A stretch of 64,000 bases of DNA from Candidatus Pacearchaeota archaeon (GTDB lineage: Archaea > Nanobdellota > Nanobdellia > Pacearchaeales > GW2011-AR1): assembly GCA_023133415.1 (NCBI GenBank), contig JAGLWM010000001.1, positions 13,207 to 77,206 of the forward strand, in the 5' to 3' direction. Position 1 is the first letter of the stretch; each line of letters starts with the position of its first letter. A model generated the notes under the pieces. It was not told the origin of the DNA, searched no databases, and saw nothing but the letters and a program-made list of their open reading frames with translations. Positions 43,640 to 52,235 of the stretch are shown piece by piece. The translations under genes and the position numbers were made by a program.

Positions 43640-44787
43640 AAACACAAACTGTTAAGGGTTTCCAGGATTTTGTTGGGGCTGAGGCAGCTAAGCGGATGAA
43701 GATTAGAAAAATTATTTTGAAGGATTTTGAGCTTTATGGATTTGAGCCGACAGAGAGTCCGACGATTGAATTTGAGGAGTTTGTAAAAAAGGGTGCTAGC
43801 GAGGATACCATTTCGGAGATTTTTAGGTTGGAGGATCGAGGGAAGCGGAAGTTGGCATTGAAGTATGAGTCGACGTTTCAGCTGAAGAGGTTGGCGCGGA
43901 ATCAGAGGCTGCCGTTTAAGAGGTTTGAGATTGCTCGGGTATTTCGGGATGAGCCTGTTTCTTCGAATCGGTTTAGGGAGTTTACTCATTGTGACGTGGA
44001 TGTTGTTGGGAGTTCTTTGAGGGATGAGGCTGAGGTTTTGAGTTTGGTTAAGAGTATTTTGGATGAGCTTGGGATTGAGAGTGTTGTTTATTTTAATAAT
44101 CGGAAGTTGTTGAATGAGATTATGGTTGGAGAGGATATTGAAGAGCGGAATAGGGAGCGGGTGATTCGTGAGTTGGATAAGTTGGATAAGTTGTCTAGGA
44201 GGGAGGTTGCGGATAATTTGAAGAAGATTGGGGCGGAGAGGATTTTGAAGGTTATTTCGGGAGATTTGACGAAGTATAATTTTTATGGTGAGGTTAAGGA
44301 GTTGATTAAGTTGTGTAAGGCTTATGGGATGAAGTTGAAGTTTTCTCCGACGTTGGCTCGGGGGTTGGCTTATTATAATGGGACTATTTTTGAGGTTAAG
44401 ACTGCGGGCATGAAGGAGACCGTTTGTGGAGGCGGGGCTTATTTGGTGAATGAGGTTCAGGCTTTTGGATTTGCATTTGGATTGGATAGACTTTGTGTTC
44501 TGTCGGGTGTCGAGGGAGATATTGCGAGGGTTTTGGTTTTGTCGTTGGGAGAGGATGATGTTGCGATTGGGTTGGCTTCTAAGTTGAGAGAGAATGGTGT
44601 TAGTGTGAATTTGTTGATGGATAAGGCGATTGGGAAGGGTTTGGAGTATGCGAATGCGAAGGGAATTGGGAAGGTGATTTTTGTTGGGAAGGAAGAAGTT
44701 GGGAAGAAGAAATTTAGGGTGAAGGATATGGCGAGTGGGGATGAGGAGTTGGTTTCGGAGAGGGGGATTTTAGGGAAGTTGAGATGA
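43636..44787 (+). CDS. hisS: Histidine--tRNA ligase (short form)
   Basis: KGFQDF, RLEDRGKRKLALKYESTFQ, FRDEPVSSNRFREFTHCDVDVVG (motif 2) and a C-terminal anticodon-binding-like domain. tRNA-His lies just upstream. Confidence 0.8.
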   Translation: MKTQTVKGFQDFVGAEAAKRMKIRKIILKDFELYGFEPTESPTIEFEEFVKKGASEDTISEIFRLEDRGKRKLALKYESTFQLKRLARNQRLPFKRFEIARVFRDEPVSSNRFREFTHCDVDVVGSSLRDEAEVLSLVKSILDELGIESVVYFNNRKLLNEIMVGEDIEERNRERVIRELDKLDKLSRREVADNLKKIGAERILKVISGDLTKYNFYGEVKELIKLCKAYGMKLKFSPTLARGLAYYNGTIFEVKTAGMKETVCGGGAYLVNEVQAFGFAFGLDRLCVLSGVEGDIARVLVLSLGEDDVAIGLASKLRENGVSVNLLMDKAIGKGLEYANAKGIGKVIFVGKEEVGKKKFRVKDMASGDEELVSERGILGKLR

Positions 44788-45785
44788 AAAGAGGTTTTGA
44801 TTCTGCGAGATATATTGAGGCGCAGACTGCGGAGATTTTGAAGCGAGTTCAAAAATTTGAGAGATTGTATCTTGAATTTGGAGGGAAGTTGACTTATGAT
44901 AATCATGCTTCGCGTGTTTTGCCTGGGTATAAGAAGACGACGAAGGTTGAACTTTTGAAAAAATTGGGGAGGTTGAAAATTATTTATTGTGTTAGTGCGC
45001 AAGATATTCAATCGGAAAAAGTTGTTGGGAGATCTGGGAGGAGTTATGAGGAACAGGTGTTGAAAGATTTGAAGGATATTAAGAAGTTTGGATTGAACGA
45101 TGATATTGTTGTTATAACAAGATTTGATGGCGAAAAAAAGGCTAGGGAGTTTTCTAAAAAATTGAGGTCGTTAGGGAAGAGGGTTTATTTTCATGATGAG
45201 ATTCGGGGCTATGGCGAGAATATTTCGAAAACTGTTGCCGGATATACGAACCAGAAATATATTCCAATCAGGGAAAATTTGATTATTATTACAGGGCCCG
45301 CTGGGGGTTCTGGGAAAATGGCTTTTGCACTTTCTCAGATTTATCATGAGAGGAAGAAAAAAATGTATGCGGCTTTTGCGAAATTTGAAACATTTCCGAT
45401 TTGGAATTTGCCATTAAAACATCCTGTTAATCTTGCTTATGAAGCTGCTACGGCGGATTTGTTGGATGAGAATGTGATTGATCCTTTTCATAAGAAAGCC
45501 TATGGGGTTAGGGCTGTGAACTATAATCGGGATGTTGAGAATTTTGAGATTTTGCAGGCGATTGTTAAGAGAATTACGAATAAGAGATTTCCTTATAGAT
45601 ATAGGTCTCCGACAGATATGGGTGTGAATATGGCGAAACTGGGAATTGTCGACGATGAGGTTTGTCGGGTGGCTGCGATTAGAGAAATAAAACGACGTGA
45701 TAGGGCTTATAAGAAGGAGTTCAAAAAAGGAAGGGAATCTGAAGCGACTGTTGAAAGAATGAAAGATATTTTGCGGAAAATCTAG
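44784..45785 (+). CDS. DUF1846/UPF0371 family protein (shorter than remembered homologues)
   Basis: FDSARYIEAQTAEILKRVQKFERLYLEFGGKLTYDNHASRVLPGY matches the family N-terminus. Confidence 0.6.
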   Translation: MKRGFDSARYIEAQTAEILKRVQKFERLYLEFGGKLTYDNHASRVLPGYKKTTKVELLKKLGRLKIIYCVSAQDIQSEKVVGRSGRSYEEQVLKDLKDIKKFGLNDDIVVITRFDGEKKAREFSKKLRSLGKRVYFHDEIRGYGENISKTVAGYTNQKYIPIRENLIIITGPAGGSGKMAFALSQIYHERKKKMYAAFAKFETFPIWNLPLKHPVNLAYEAATADLLDENVIDPFHKKAYGVRAVNYNRDVENFEILQAIVKRITNKRFPYRYRSPTDMGVNMAKLGIVDDEVCRVAAIREIKRRDRAYKKEFKKGRESEATVERMKDILRKI

Positions 45786-46576
45786 ACTGATTGTTCATCA
45801 TTTACTAATTCTAACTCTTGCTCTAATTCTTCTAATTCTTTCTTGTGAATTTTTAAAGTCATGTGAATGTCTTCGAAGTGTGCGGGTTGTCTTAGAAAAA
45901 TTTTGCCATTGTTTGATAAGTGTAATATTGGAATGAAGGACGCGAGTTTTTCTTCTTTGGCTGGTGCGAGGTGAGAGAATTTCACGTGGTCGTTTCCCTG
46001 GTTTAGGTGGTTGCTGACGACGCCGAAGATTGATTTGATTCGGACTTTTAGTGGGACGAAGTTGTTTTTTGGGAGAACGGTTAGTATATTTTTCCTAGCT
46101 TGTCTGCCTTTGATTTCTTTTCGGATTCGACGATTTTCGGTATTGATTGCGTGATCGAGTGCTTTGATTAGTTCTTGAAGTGTGACTTTTTTGTGACGCG
46201 CCATTGGGGTTCGAGGGCTTAAGATTGGGAGGTCGTTTTCATCGATTTCGATTCTTTCTATTTCGTAGCGTTTTTCGTCTTTTTTGCCGTAGAGTGCGTC
46301 GTTGAGATCTTGGATGTAGGAGTTGATGAGGATTTCGGATTTGAGTCGGAGGAGGAGAGAACAGGCGAGGAGGATTTTGGATGATATGAAGAAATCGGTT
46401 TCTTCGAGTTGTTGGATAGTTTGGACGTATTTGTCTGCTAGGGTTGCGAGGTCGATGTCCCAGGGATCGAGTTGTTCGGTTTTGATGAGATCGTAGATGA
46501 TGGATTGCCAGCCGAGTTCGTTGGATGAAATGAGGTCGAAGAATTGTGCCTGGTTGATTTTATCGCTGCTTTCCAT
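45782..46576 (-). CDS. scpA: Segregation and condensation protein A (kleisin)
   Basis: DPWDIDLATLADKYVQTIQQLEE..FFISSKILLACSLLLRLKSE. Confidence 0.75.
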   Translation of the reverse strand: MESSDKINQAQFFDLISSNELGWQSIIYDLIKTEQLDPWDIDLATLADKYVQTIQQLEETDFFISSKILLACSLLLRLKSEILINSYIQDLNDALYGKKDEKRYEIERIEIDENDLPILSPRTPMARHKKVTLQELIKALDHAINTENRRIRKEIKGRQARKNILTVLPKNNFVPLKVRIKSIFGVVSNHLNQGNDHVKFSHLAPAKEEKLASFIPILHLSNNGKIFLRQPAHFEDIHMTLKIHKKELEELEQELELVNDEQSV

Positions 46577-46663
46577 TGATTTCTTTCTTTTTTAGAAAAA
46601 AAAGAAATTTCTCGCAAGTAGAAAAAACTTCTTTTCCAAAACTATGTTTTGATTTAGTTTCAC
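46577..46663 (-). repeat. Copy B of the ~85-nt double-hairpin repeat, abutting the scpA start codon
   Basis: GATTTCTTTCTTTTTTAGAAAAAAAAGAAATTTCTCGCAAGTAGAAAAAACTTCTTTTCC... differs from copies A and C only in homopolymer lengths. Confidence 0.9.
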
Positions 46664-46782
46664 TGTGTTGTTTGGTTGCCTTGGTTAATAAGTTTTCTCT
46701 AAATTTTTATGTCACTAAAGAATTACAACATACCAAAAACTTTATATAGTATTACTTGTTAGTTATACTATCACCTCTTTTT

Positions 46783-46837
46783 CCCCAGGAGAGAGCGGTA
46801 AGGCAACTTTTTGATCGCTTTGCTGCATCTCCTAGGG
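46783..46837 (+). ncRNA. Candidate small structured RNA (speculative)
   Basis: CCCCAGGAGA pairs with TCTCCTAGGG (9/10) and there is an inner AGCG/CGCT stem. CTTTATATAG box ~35-45 nt upstream. T-rich tract downstream. It lies in a 425-bp gene-free gap. Confidence 0.2.
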
Positions 46838-47001
46838 TTTATAATTTTACAGAGTAAAATTCTAAACCTGATTCGAAGTTTCTTTGAAAATTCTCATCGG
46901 AAATTTCCTAAAGAAAATTTGGGGGTTGTCTTGCGCAGACGGCTGATGTGGTTGTTATTTTGACTTGGGATAAATTATTGAAGCTTAGGGCAAAATAAGG
47001 A

Positions 47002-47715
47002 TTAAATTGAGTTCCACATAAATTCAAAATAATTCTTATAACTTTCATGAAGTAATTTGTCTGTTATTACAAGAACATATATGTTTTCTTTTTGTAAAGA
47101 TTGAATAGCAACTTTGTCGTTGTATAAAATAGTTGTAACCTTTGCCGTATATTTTTGAGGAAGATATTTTATTTTTACTTTTTTCTTAGGAAGTGATTTA
47201 AGTAATTTTCTTGCATTCTCATTGGCTAAATATCTTGCAGTTATTCCTGCCTTTTCATACCTTTTTATAAAATGTGGAAATTCAAATCTTAAAATTTCAA
47301 AAGCCATCCCTGTTACTCCAAAAGCTAAAACTTCTGAAACATTATTCATAATGTCTTGGTAGAATGTTTTTATTCCTTCTTTTCCTTCGAAAACTTCTAT
47401 TTTAAATGGTTCAATAGATTGATGTAATTCTTTAAGTTTTGGCAGGATTGATTCAATTTTTGTTTTTTTTGAATTAAGAATTTCTATAAATTTTTTAGGG
47501 GAAGCAGATTGATAATATCGTTTTGAATTTTTTAATACATAACTTGCTAAACCCAATCTTATTAGATTCTCTAATTCTAAATATGTGGTCGTTCTATTTA
47601 TTTTAGTTAATTTTGCTAATTTCGAGGCAGTGCATGATTTTTCTTTAAGTAAGGCTAAATAAATTTTTGATTCTCTTGCATTAAGTCCAAATTCCTCAAG
47701 TATTTCTTGTTCCAT
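47002..47715 (-). CDS. TrmB family transcriptional regulator (paralogue of 20605..21324)
   Basis: FGLNARESKIYLALLKEKSCTASKLAKLTKINRTTTYLELENLIRLGL and the same domain layout. Confidence 0.75.
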   Translation of the reverse strand: MEQEILEEFGLNARESKIYLALLKEKSCTASKLAKLTKINRTTTYLELENLIRLGLASYVLKNSKRYYQSASPKKFIEILNSKKTKIESILPKLKELHQSIEPFKIEVFEGKEGIKTFYQDIMNNVSEVLAFGVTGMAFEILRFEFPHFIKRYEKAGITARYLANENARKLLKSLPKKKVKIKYLPQKYTAKVTTILYNDKVAIQSLQKENIYVLVITDKLLHESYKNYFEFMWNSI

Positions 47716-47797
47716 ATTCTAATAAATATTTTATCTATTTAAAAGTTGTTATTAAATGACAACATATATTTAATTATTTTTCTATTCTATTATTTTT

Positions 47798-48256
47798 ATG
47801 AGAATTATAGAGGATTGTCTTAATGAATTAAAATTAATTGGAGCTCCAAGACCGTATTATCTATTTGGAAAATCCAAGATTTATAATAAGAATGGAGAAG
47901 ACAAAGTAATCGCAAATGCAATGTTTCCTTCCTTTGAACCTTCAATCGGAGATAGATGGAATTCTCGTACACCTCATGTTAATCTATCAAATGCTTATTT
48001 TGCATTATGGAATACAGTCCATTTACTTGGGAATGAAATTGGGTTTTATGATCCTTTGAGTACAAAAGGAAATTATAAGCCAATTAAACTTCTGCCTGCT
48101 GATAAAAATATTCAACTTGAGATGATGATAAAAGATATACGACCTAGTCAAAAGATGGAAGGTTATGATTTAGAAGGAAAGTTTATGGGTAAATTTCTTA
48201 TTAATGATGAACTTTATCTTGTTCTCAGCGGAAAGGGTATCGGAAAAAGTAGATAG
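47798..48256 (+). CDS. Hypothetical protein
   Basis: 152-aa ORF. No motif recognised. Confidence 0.4.
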   Translation: MRIIEDCLNELKLIGAPRPYYLFGKSKIYNKNGEDKVIANAMFPSFEPSIGDRWNSRTPHVNLSNAYFALWNTVHLLGNEIGFYDPLSTKGNYKPIKLLPADKNIQLEMMIKDIRPSQKMEGYDLEGKFMGKFLINDELYLVLSGKGIGKSR

Positions 48257-48267
48257 TATACATATAA

Positions 48268-48504
48268 TTATTTTTTGGCTTCTAGTTTTGGTTCGACTTC
48301 TTTTTTCTCGAATTCTGTGAAGTGACATTTTCCACAATATGCTCTTCCTTGTCCAACGGACAAGAAAACTCCTGGTCCGCATCTTGGGCAGCTTCGAGCT
48401 TTCTTTGTGATTTTGTCGCCTTCAATTGTATATTTTTTGTATTTTACAGAAGTCGGCTTATTGACGTGTTTTTTCTTTCCTTTGATTTTGGATTTGATGG
48501 CCAT
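48268..48504 (-). CDS. rps27ae: Ribosomal protein eS31 (S27ae)
   Basis: Zinc ribbon CPRCGPGVFL...YCGKCH in a small basic protein. Confidence 0.8.
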   Translation of the reverse strand: MAIKSKIKGKKKHVNKPTSVKYKKYTIEGDKITKKARSCPRCGPGVFLSVGQGRAYCGKCHFTEFEKKEVEPKLEAKK

Positions 48505-48590
48505 GATTTCTTTCTTTTTAGAAAAAAGAAATTTCTCGCAAGTAGAAAAACTTCTTTTCCAGAGCTACGCTCTGATTTATTTCTATTCTG
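48505..48590 (-). repeat. Copy C of the ~85-nt double-hairpin repeat, filling the rps24e-rps27ae spacer
   Basis: It spans from the rps27ae ATG to the rps24e stop codon (48583-48585). Confidence 0.9.
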
Positions 48591-48972
48591 ATTTTACCTC
48601 TTCTTTAGTTTCTTCGGTTTTTTCTTCTGTGGCTTCGACAGCTGTCTTTGCGGCTTCAGCTTCTTCGGCGGCTTTTTTCTTTGTTTCTTCTTTGGCTGTT
48701 TTTTTCTCGGCTTCTAATTTTTTTCTCACTTTTTGTGGAATTGTTTCTATTTTTTCTCTTGCTTCTAGGCTATCATATACAACTACTTCTGTTAGGAATT
48801 TTTGTCGTCCGAAGTTTGTGTTGATTTTTTTTATTATTGTTAACGTCTCGTCCTTTCCTAATGCGGAGATTACTTCTGATGAGTTTGGAGTGGCTTCGGA
48901 AGAGATTTCAACGACTAATTCTTCTCTCTGTAAAAATGGGTTTTTTTCTTGTTTGATTATTTTTATTTTCAT
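48583..48972 (-). CDS. rps24e: Ribosomal protein eS24 with an E/K/A-rich C-terminal extension
   Basis: MKIKIIKQEKNPFLQREELVVEISSEATP... The start is set at ATG 48972, which overlaps the spt4 stop as ATGA. Confidence 0.75.
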   Translation of the reverse strand: MKIKIIKQEKNPFLQREELVVEISSEATPNSSEVISALGKDETLTIIKKINTNFGRQKFLTEVVVYDSLEAREKIETIPQKVRKKLEAEKKTAKEETKKKAAEEAEAAKTAVEATEEKTEETKEEVKSE

Positions 48973-49169
48973 TTTGACTTTATAGCGAATTCGCCTTCTG
49001 TATTTATTTTCATATTTTCTGCCAGTTCGGATTTTTCTGCGTTGAAGATATGGATTCGACCTTTGAAGGATTCGCTGGCTGGTGTTTCTCCACACTTAGG
49101 ACATTTGTCTCCAAAGTAGATTGCTTTACAATTTAAACATGATTTTTCTTTATTTGCTTTTGCTGCCAT
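48969..49169 (-). CDS. spt4: Transcription elongation factor Spt4 / RpoE''
   Basis: CLNCKAIYFGDKCPKCG zinc ribbon. 66 aa. Downstream of rpoE'. Confidence 0.75.
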   Translation of the reverse strand: MAAKANKEKSCLNCKAIYFGDKCPKCGETPASESFKGRIHIFNAEKSELAENMKINTEGEFAIKSK

Positions 49170-49256
49170 TATTTAGACTCTTTCTCTTTAGAAAAGAGAA
49201 ATTCCCTCGAAGTAGAGAAACTTAGATTCCAAGACTTCGTTTTGATTTAATTTCAT
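49170..49256 (-). repeat. Copy D (diverged) of the ~85-nt repeat, filling the rpoE'-spt4 spacer
   Basis: TTTCTCTTT-AG-AAAAGAGAAA forms a perfect 9-bp hairpin. About 75% similar to copies A-C. Its distal end overlaps the rpoE' stop codon. Confidence 0.8.
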
Positions 49257-49843
49257 TTTTTCACCTTCTTGGCTTCGATTGCTATAGTTTGTTTTGCTTC
49301 GGCTTCAGTTTTATCTTTTTCTGCCTTTACCCAATCTAGCTTTCCTAGACCTGGTTGTCTCATTGTTAGACCTATTTTTGGTTCTTCGCCTTTGTATGAG
49401 ATTGCTACGATTCGTGCTATGCATTTGTCCCCTTGCACTAAATTCTTCTTGCCGTCTTTTCCTGATAGGACGCCTGTGTCTGAAAATGATACGAAGTCGT
49501 CCATTGTTTGGGAAATGTGAATCATGCCTCGGATTGGACCCATTGATATAAAAGCTCCGAAGTTTGTGATTTCTTCAATTTGGCCGTAAACTAATTCTTG
49601 GAGTTCGGGTTTGAATATGACTAGTTTGAATGTTGATTCATAATATGCTGCTCCGTCGCCTGGGATTATGATTCCCTCTTTTACATCTTTGACGTTGAGA
49701 ACTGTGACTACTGTGCCAATATCTTTGTCTTGGAAACCTGAATAGGACTCTTCTAGTTGTGTTCGAACTGCTGCATCTGTATCCATCCCGAATTTGTTCG
49801 GTTCTACTCTTACATAGTCTGTTACTAAAACTTCGTAAAACAT
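49253..49843 (-). CDS. rpoE: DNA-directed RNA polymerase subunit E' (Rpo7)
   Basis: Rpb7-like N-terminal domain plus an S1 domain (GQIEEITNFGAFISMGPIRGMIHISQ). Confidence 0.8.
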   Translation of the reverse strand: MFYEVLVTDYVRVEPNKFGMDTDAAVRTQLEESYSGFQDKDIGTVVTVLNVKDVKEGIIIPGDGAAYYESTFKLVIFKPELQELVYGQIEEITNFGAFISMGPIRGMIHISQTMDDFVSFSDTGVLSGKDGKKNLVQGDKCIARIVAISYKGEEPKIGLTMRQPGLGKLDWVKAEKDKTEAEAKQTIAIEAKKVKK

Positions 49844-49879
49844 ATAGTTTTGAGAAAAATTTGATTTAAAAGTGTTTCG

Positions 49880-50263
49880 TTAGACTATCTGTAAATTTTT
49901 CTTTCCCCTTATGGTTAGAATTTTGTTTTTGACTCGGGATTTTAGATTTTTGTCTAGGGTTGCTAGGATAATTGGTTTGTCGATGATGTAATTTACGATT
50001 TTGATATCGATGTTTGGGTTCTTGCCTGGGAGTTGAATGATTTTTGGGTTAAGATTTTGAATGATTTCGAAGCTTAGTTTTGCGGCGTTTCTGTCTTTAA
50101 TTTTTATTCCTGTTCGGTCTTTTAGTACGCCGAGTTCGTTTAGGACATCTTGAGGAACGAGCCATTCTATTGGTTCGGTTGTTATTTGGTTTGTTATTTC
50201 TGGGAAGTCGATTTTTTGTTTGGTGCAAGTTAGGATGAAGTTTGTATCGAGTAGGATTTTCAT
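49880..50263 (-). CDS. PIN-domain protein (Fcf1/Utp24-like)
   Basis: MKILLDTNFIL and ILATLDKNL motifs. 127 aa. Confidence 0.6.
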   Translation of the reverse strand: MKILLDTNFILTCTKQKIDFPEITNQITTEPIEWLVPQDVLNELGVLKDRTGIKIKDRNAAKLSFEIIQNLNPKIIQLPGKNPNIDIKIVNYIIDKPIILATLDKNLKSRVKNKILTIRGKKNLQIV

Positions 50264-50313
50264 GATTGTGGAATGTTAAGAAGATTTATATAAGTTGGGA
50301 TATTTAATTTATT

Positions 50314-50874
50314 ATGAAAGAGGTTTCAAACATTCTTCGGATTTTGCGAGAGGCGAAACGGTTTGTCGAGGCAGATAGTCCGACTGATGTGAAGAATTTG
50401 TCGGATCAGACGATTCATGTAGCGACGATTTCTCAGGATGCGGATAATATTATTGTTGCTGTTTTGGTTTATTCTATTGGAAAGGTGATGGAGCGGGATC
50501 ATTATAGAGATATGAAGGGATGGAATGAGTTTTACGAGGCTGTTGTGAAGAATTTGGGGTTGGCGGTTAAGGCCTTGGAAAAGGAGAATGTGGATGGCGC
50601 GCGAGTTTATTTGGGGAGGATTAGGAATTCGCTGAATAGAATTGAGGGGGATATGGGACGATATATTAAGGATATTTTTCGGAAGGCGGAGATTAATAAA
50701 GCATTCAAGTTGTATGAGCATGGTTTATCGACTGAGAAGACGGCGGAGTTGTTGGGTGTGAGTTTGTGGGATTTGGCGAGTTATATTGGACAATCGCATA
50801 TTGGGGACGCGAAGATTGCGATTTCGATGCCGATTAAGAAAAGGGTCAAAATTGCGGAGGAGATTTTTGGATGA
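50314..50874 (+). CDS. Protein with a C-terminal UPF0175-like HTH (antitoxin-like) domain
   Basis: The C-terminus AFKLYEHGLSTEKTAELLGVSLWDLASYIGQSHI resembles UPF0175/COG2886. The N-terminal ~110 aa are unassigned. Confidence 0.45.
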   Translation: MKEVSNILRILREAKRFVEADSPTDVKNLSDQTIHVATISQDADNIIVAVLVYSIGKVMERDHYRDMKGWNEFYEAVVKNLGLAVKALEKENVDGARVYLGRIRNSLNRIEGDMGRYIKDIFRKAEINKAFKLYEHGLSTEKTAELLGVSLWDLASYIGQSHIGDAKIAISMPIKKRVKIAEEIFG

Positions 50875-51299
50875 GAATTAGGAAGGCTGCGAAAAAAGAT
50901 TTTAGGGAAATTGCAAAGATACTAATGGAGGAATCTTCTAAAAAACCTTACAATGAAAAATATTCGATGAAAATAGCTATAAAAGAAATAGTCGCATTAT
51001 CTCAAGATGAACTTTATGTTGCTGTAAATGAAAAAGAAATAATGGGTTTTATAGCTTCGAATATAACTCCTGATAATAAGAAAAAAGCTTACATTCGGGA
51101 ACTGTGGTTAAGACCCATTTATCAGGGTAAAGGAAGTGGGAAGGCTCTTGTTGAATTTATTGAAAAGATGTACAAAAAGAAAGGGGTTAATATTGTCCGA
51201 CTTGTAGCTAAAAAAAATGCTGGAGCGTTTAAGTTTTATAAGGAAATAAAATATAAAGAGTATCGAGAAATGGTATTTATGGAGAAGAGGTTAAAATGA
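50871..51299 (+). CDS. GNAT family N-acetyltransferase
   Basis: Motif A IYQGKGSGKALVEFIEK. 142 aa. ATGA overlaps on both sides. Confidence 0.75.
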   Translation: MRIRKAAKKDFREIAKILMEESSKKPYNEKYSMKIAIKEIVALSQDELYVAVNEKEIMGFIASNITPDNKKKAYIRELWLRPIYQGKGSGKALVEFIEKMYKKKGVNIVRLVAKKNAGAFKFYKEIKYKEYREMVFMEKRLK

Positions 51300-51970
51300 A
51301 ATACCTAATTTTTGATGCGGGACCGATTATTTCGTTGACGATGAATGGGATGTTGCCTGTGCTTGAGAGATTGAAGGAAGTTTTTGATGGCGAGTTTATT
51401 TTGACGCCGGCAGTGAAGCGTGAGGTTGTTGATAGGCCGATGAGAATTAAGAAATTTAAGCTGGAGGCTATGCAGATTCAGGGCTTGATTAGGAGAGGTT
51501 TGTTTAAGATGTCTGGTGATATTGTGTCGAATCAGAAGTTGGATAAGGAGGTTAAGCGGATTCTGAAGATTGCAAATGGGGTTTTGAGGACGACGGATAT
51601 GAAAGAAAAGATTAAGATTATTCATGGTGGGGAGGCTGCGTGTTTGGCTTTTGCGAATCTTTGTGGCTGCGAGAATGTGATTGTTATTGATGAGAGGACG
51701 ACCCGAATGTTGACGGAGGCGCCAGAGAAATTGGAGAAGATGATGGAGAGGAAATTGCATACACCACTTGATGCGGAGTTGAGTTTGTTGGATAGTTTGA
51801 AGAAATTTAAGTTTATTCGGTCGGCGGAGTTGTTGTATGTTGCGCATAGGAAGGGTTTGATTGGGATCAAAGGGGGAAAGGATTTGTTGGATGCATTGCT
51901 TTATGGGGTGAAGTTTAAGGGATGTGCGATTTCGTCTGTTGAGATTGAAGAGATGAAGCTGTTGGTGTAG
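51296..51970 (+). CDS. PIN-like (COG2405/DUF3368-like) nucleic-acid-binding protein
   Basis: YLIFDAGPIISL, LTPAVKREV and GGEAACLAFANLCGCENVIVIDERTTR follow the DUF3368 pattern. Confidence 0.5.
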   Translation: MKYLIFDAGPIISLTMNGMLPVLERLKEVFDGEFILTPAVKREVVDRPMRIKKFKLEAMQIQGLIRRGLFKMSGDIVSNQKLDKEVKRILKIANGVLRTTDMKEKIKIIHGGEAACLAFANLCGCENVIVIDERTTRMLTEAPEKLEKMMERKLHTPLDAELSLLDSLKKFKFIRSAELLYVAHRKGLIGIKGGKDLLDALLYGVKFKGCAISSVEIEEMKLLV

Positions 51971-52086
51971 TTAATCAAGATTGGATATTTTTTGAGATAT
52001 GATAAAAATTCTTTCGGATAGAAGGCTTTAAAAGAAATAAAAAAATATATTATTATGCGCTAATTGTCATCGGGATTACGCAGTAA

Positions 52087-52157
52087 GGGTTCATCGGATA
52101 ATGATAGTCTACTCGGCTCCAGCCCGAGGGGCGGGGGTTTGATTCCTCCTGAGCCCA
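52087..52157 (+). tRNA. tRNA-Trp(CCA), atypical D and T loops
   Basis: Acceptor GGGTTCA/TGAGCCC. D arm GGAT-AATGATA-GTCT, with no GG. Anticodon arm CTCGG-CTCCAGC-CCGAG. T arm GGGGG-TTTGATT-CCTCC. Discriminator A. Confidence 0.65.
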
Positions 52158-52235
52158 TTTTTTTAATTTTATACATTGATAATTTTTCTACAAATTCCTC
52201 AATACTTTTATAAATAAAGACTTCTTAATTTTGAT

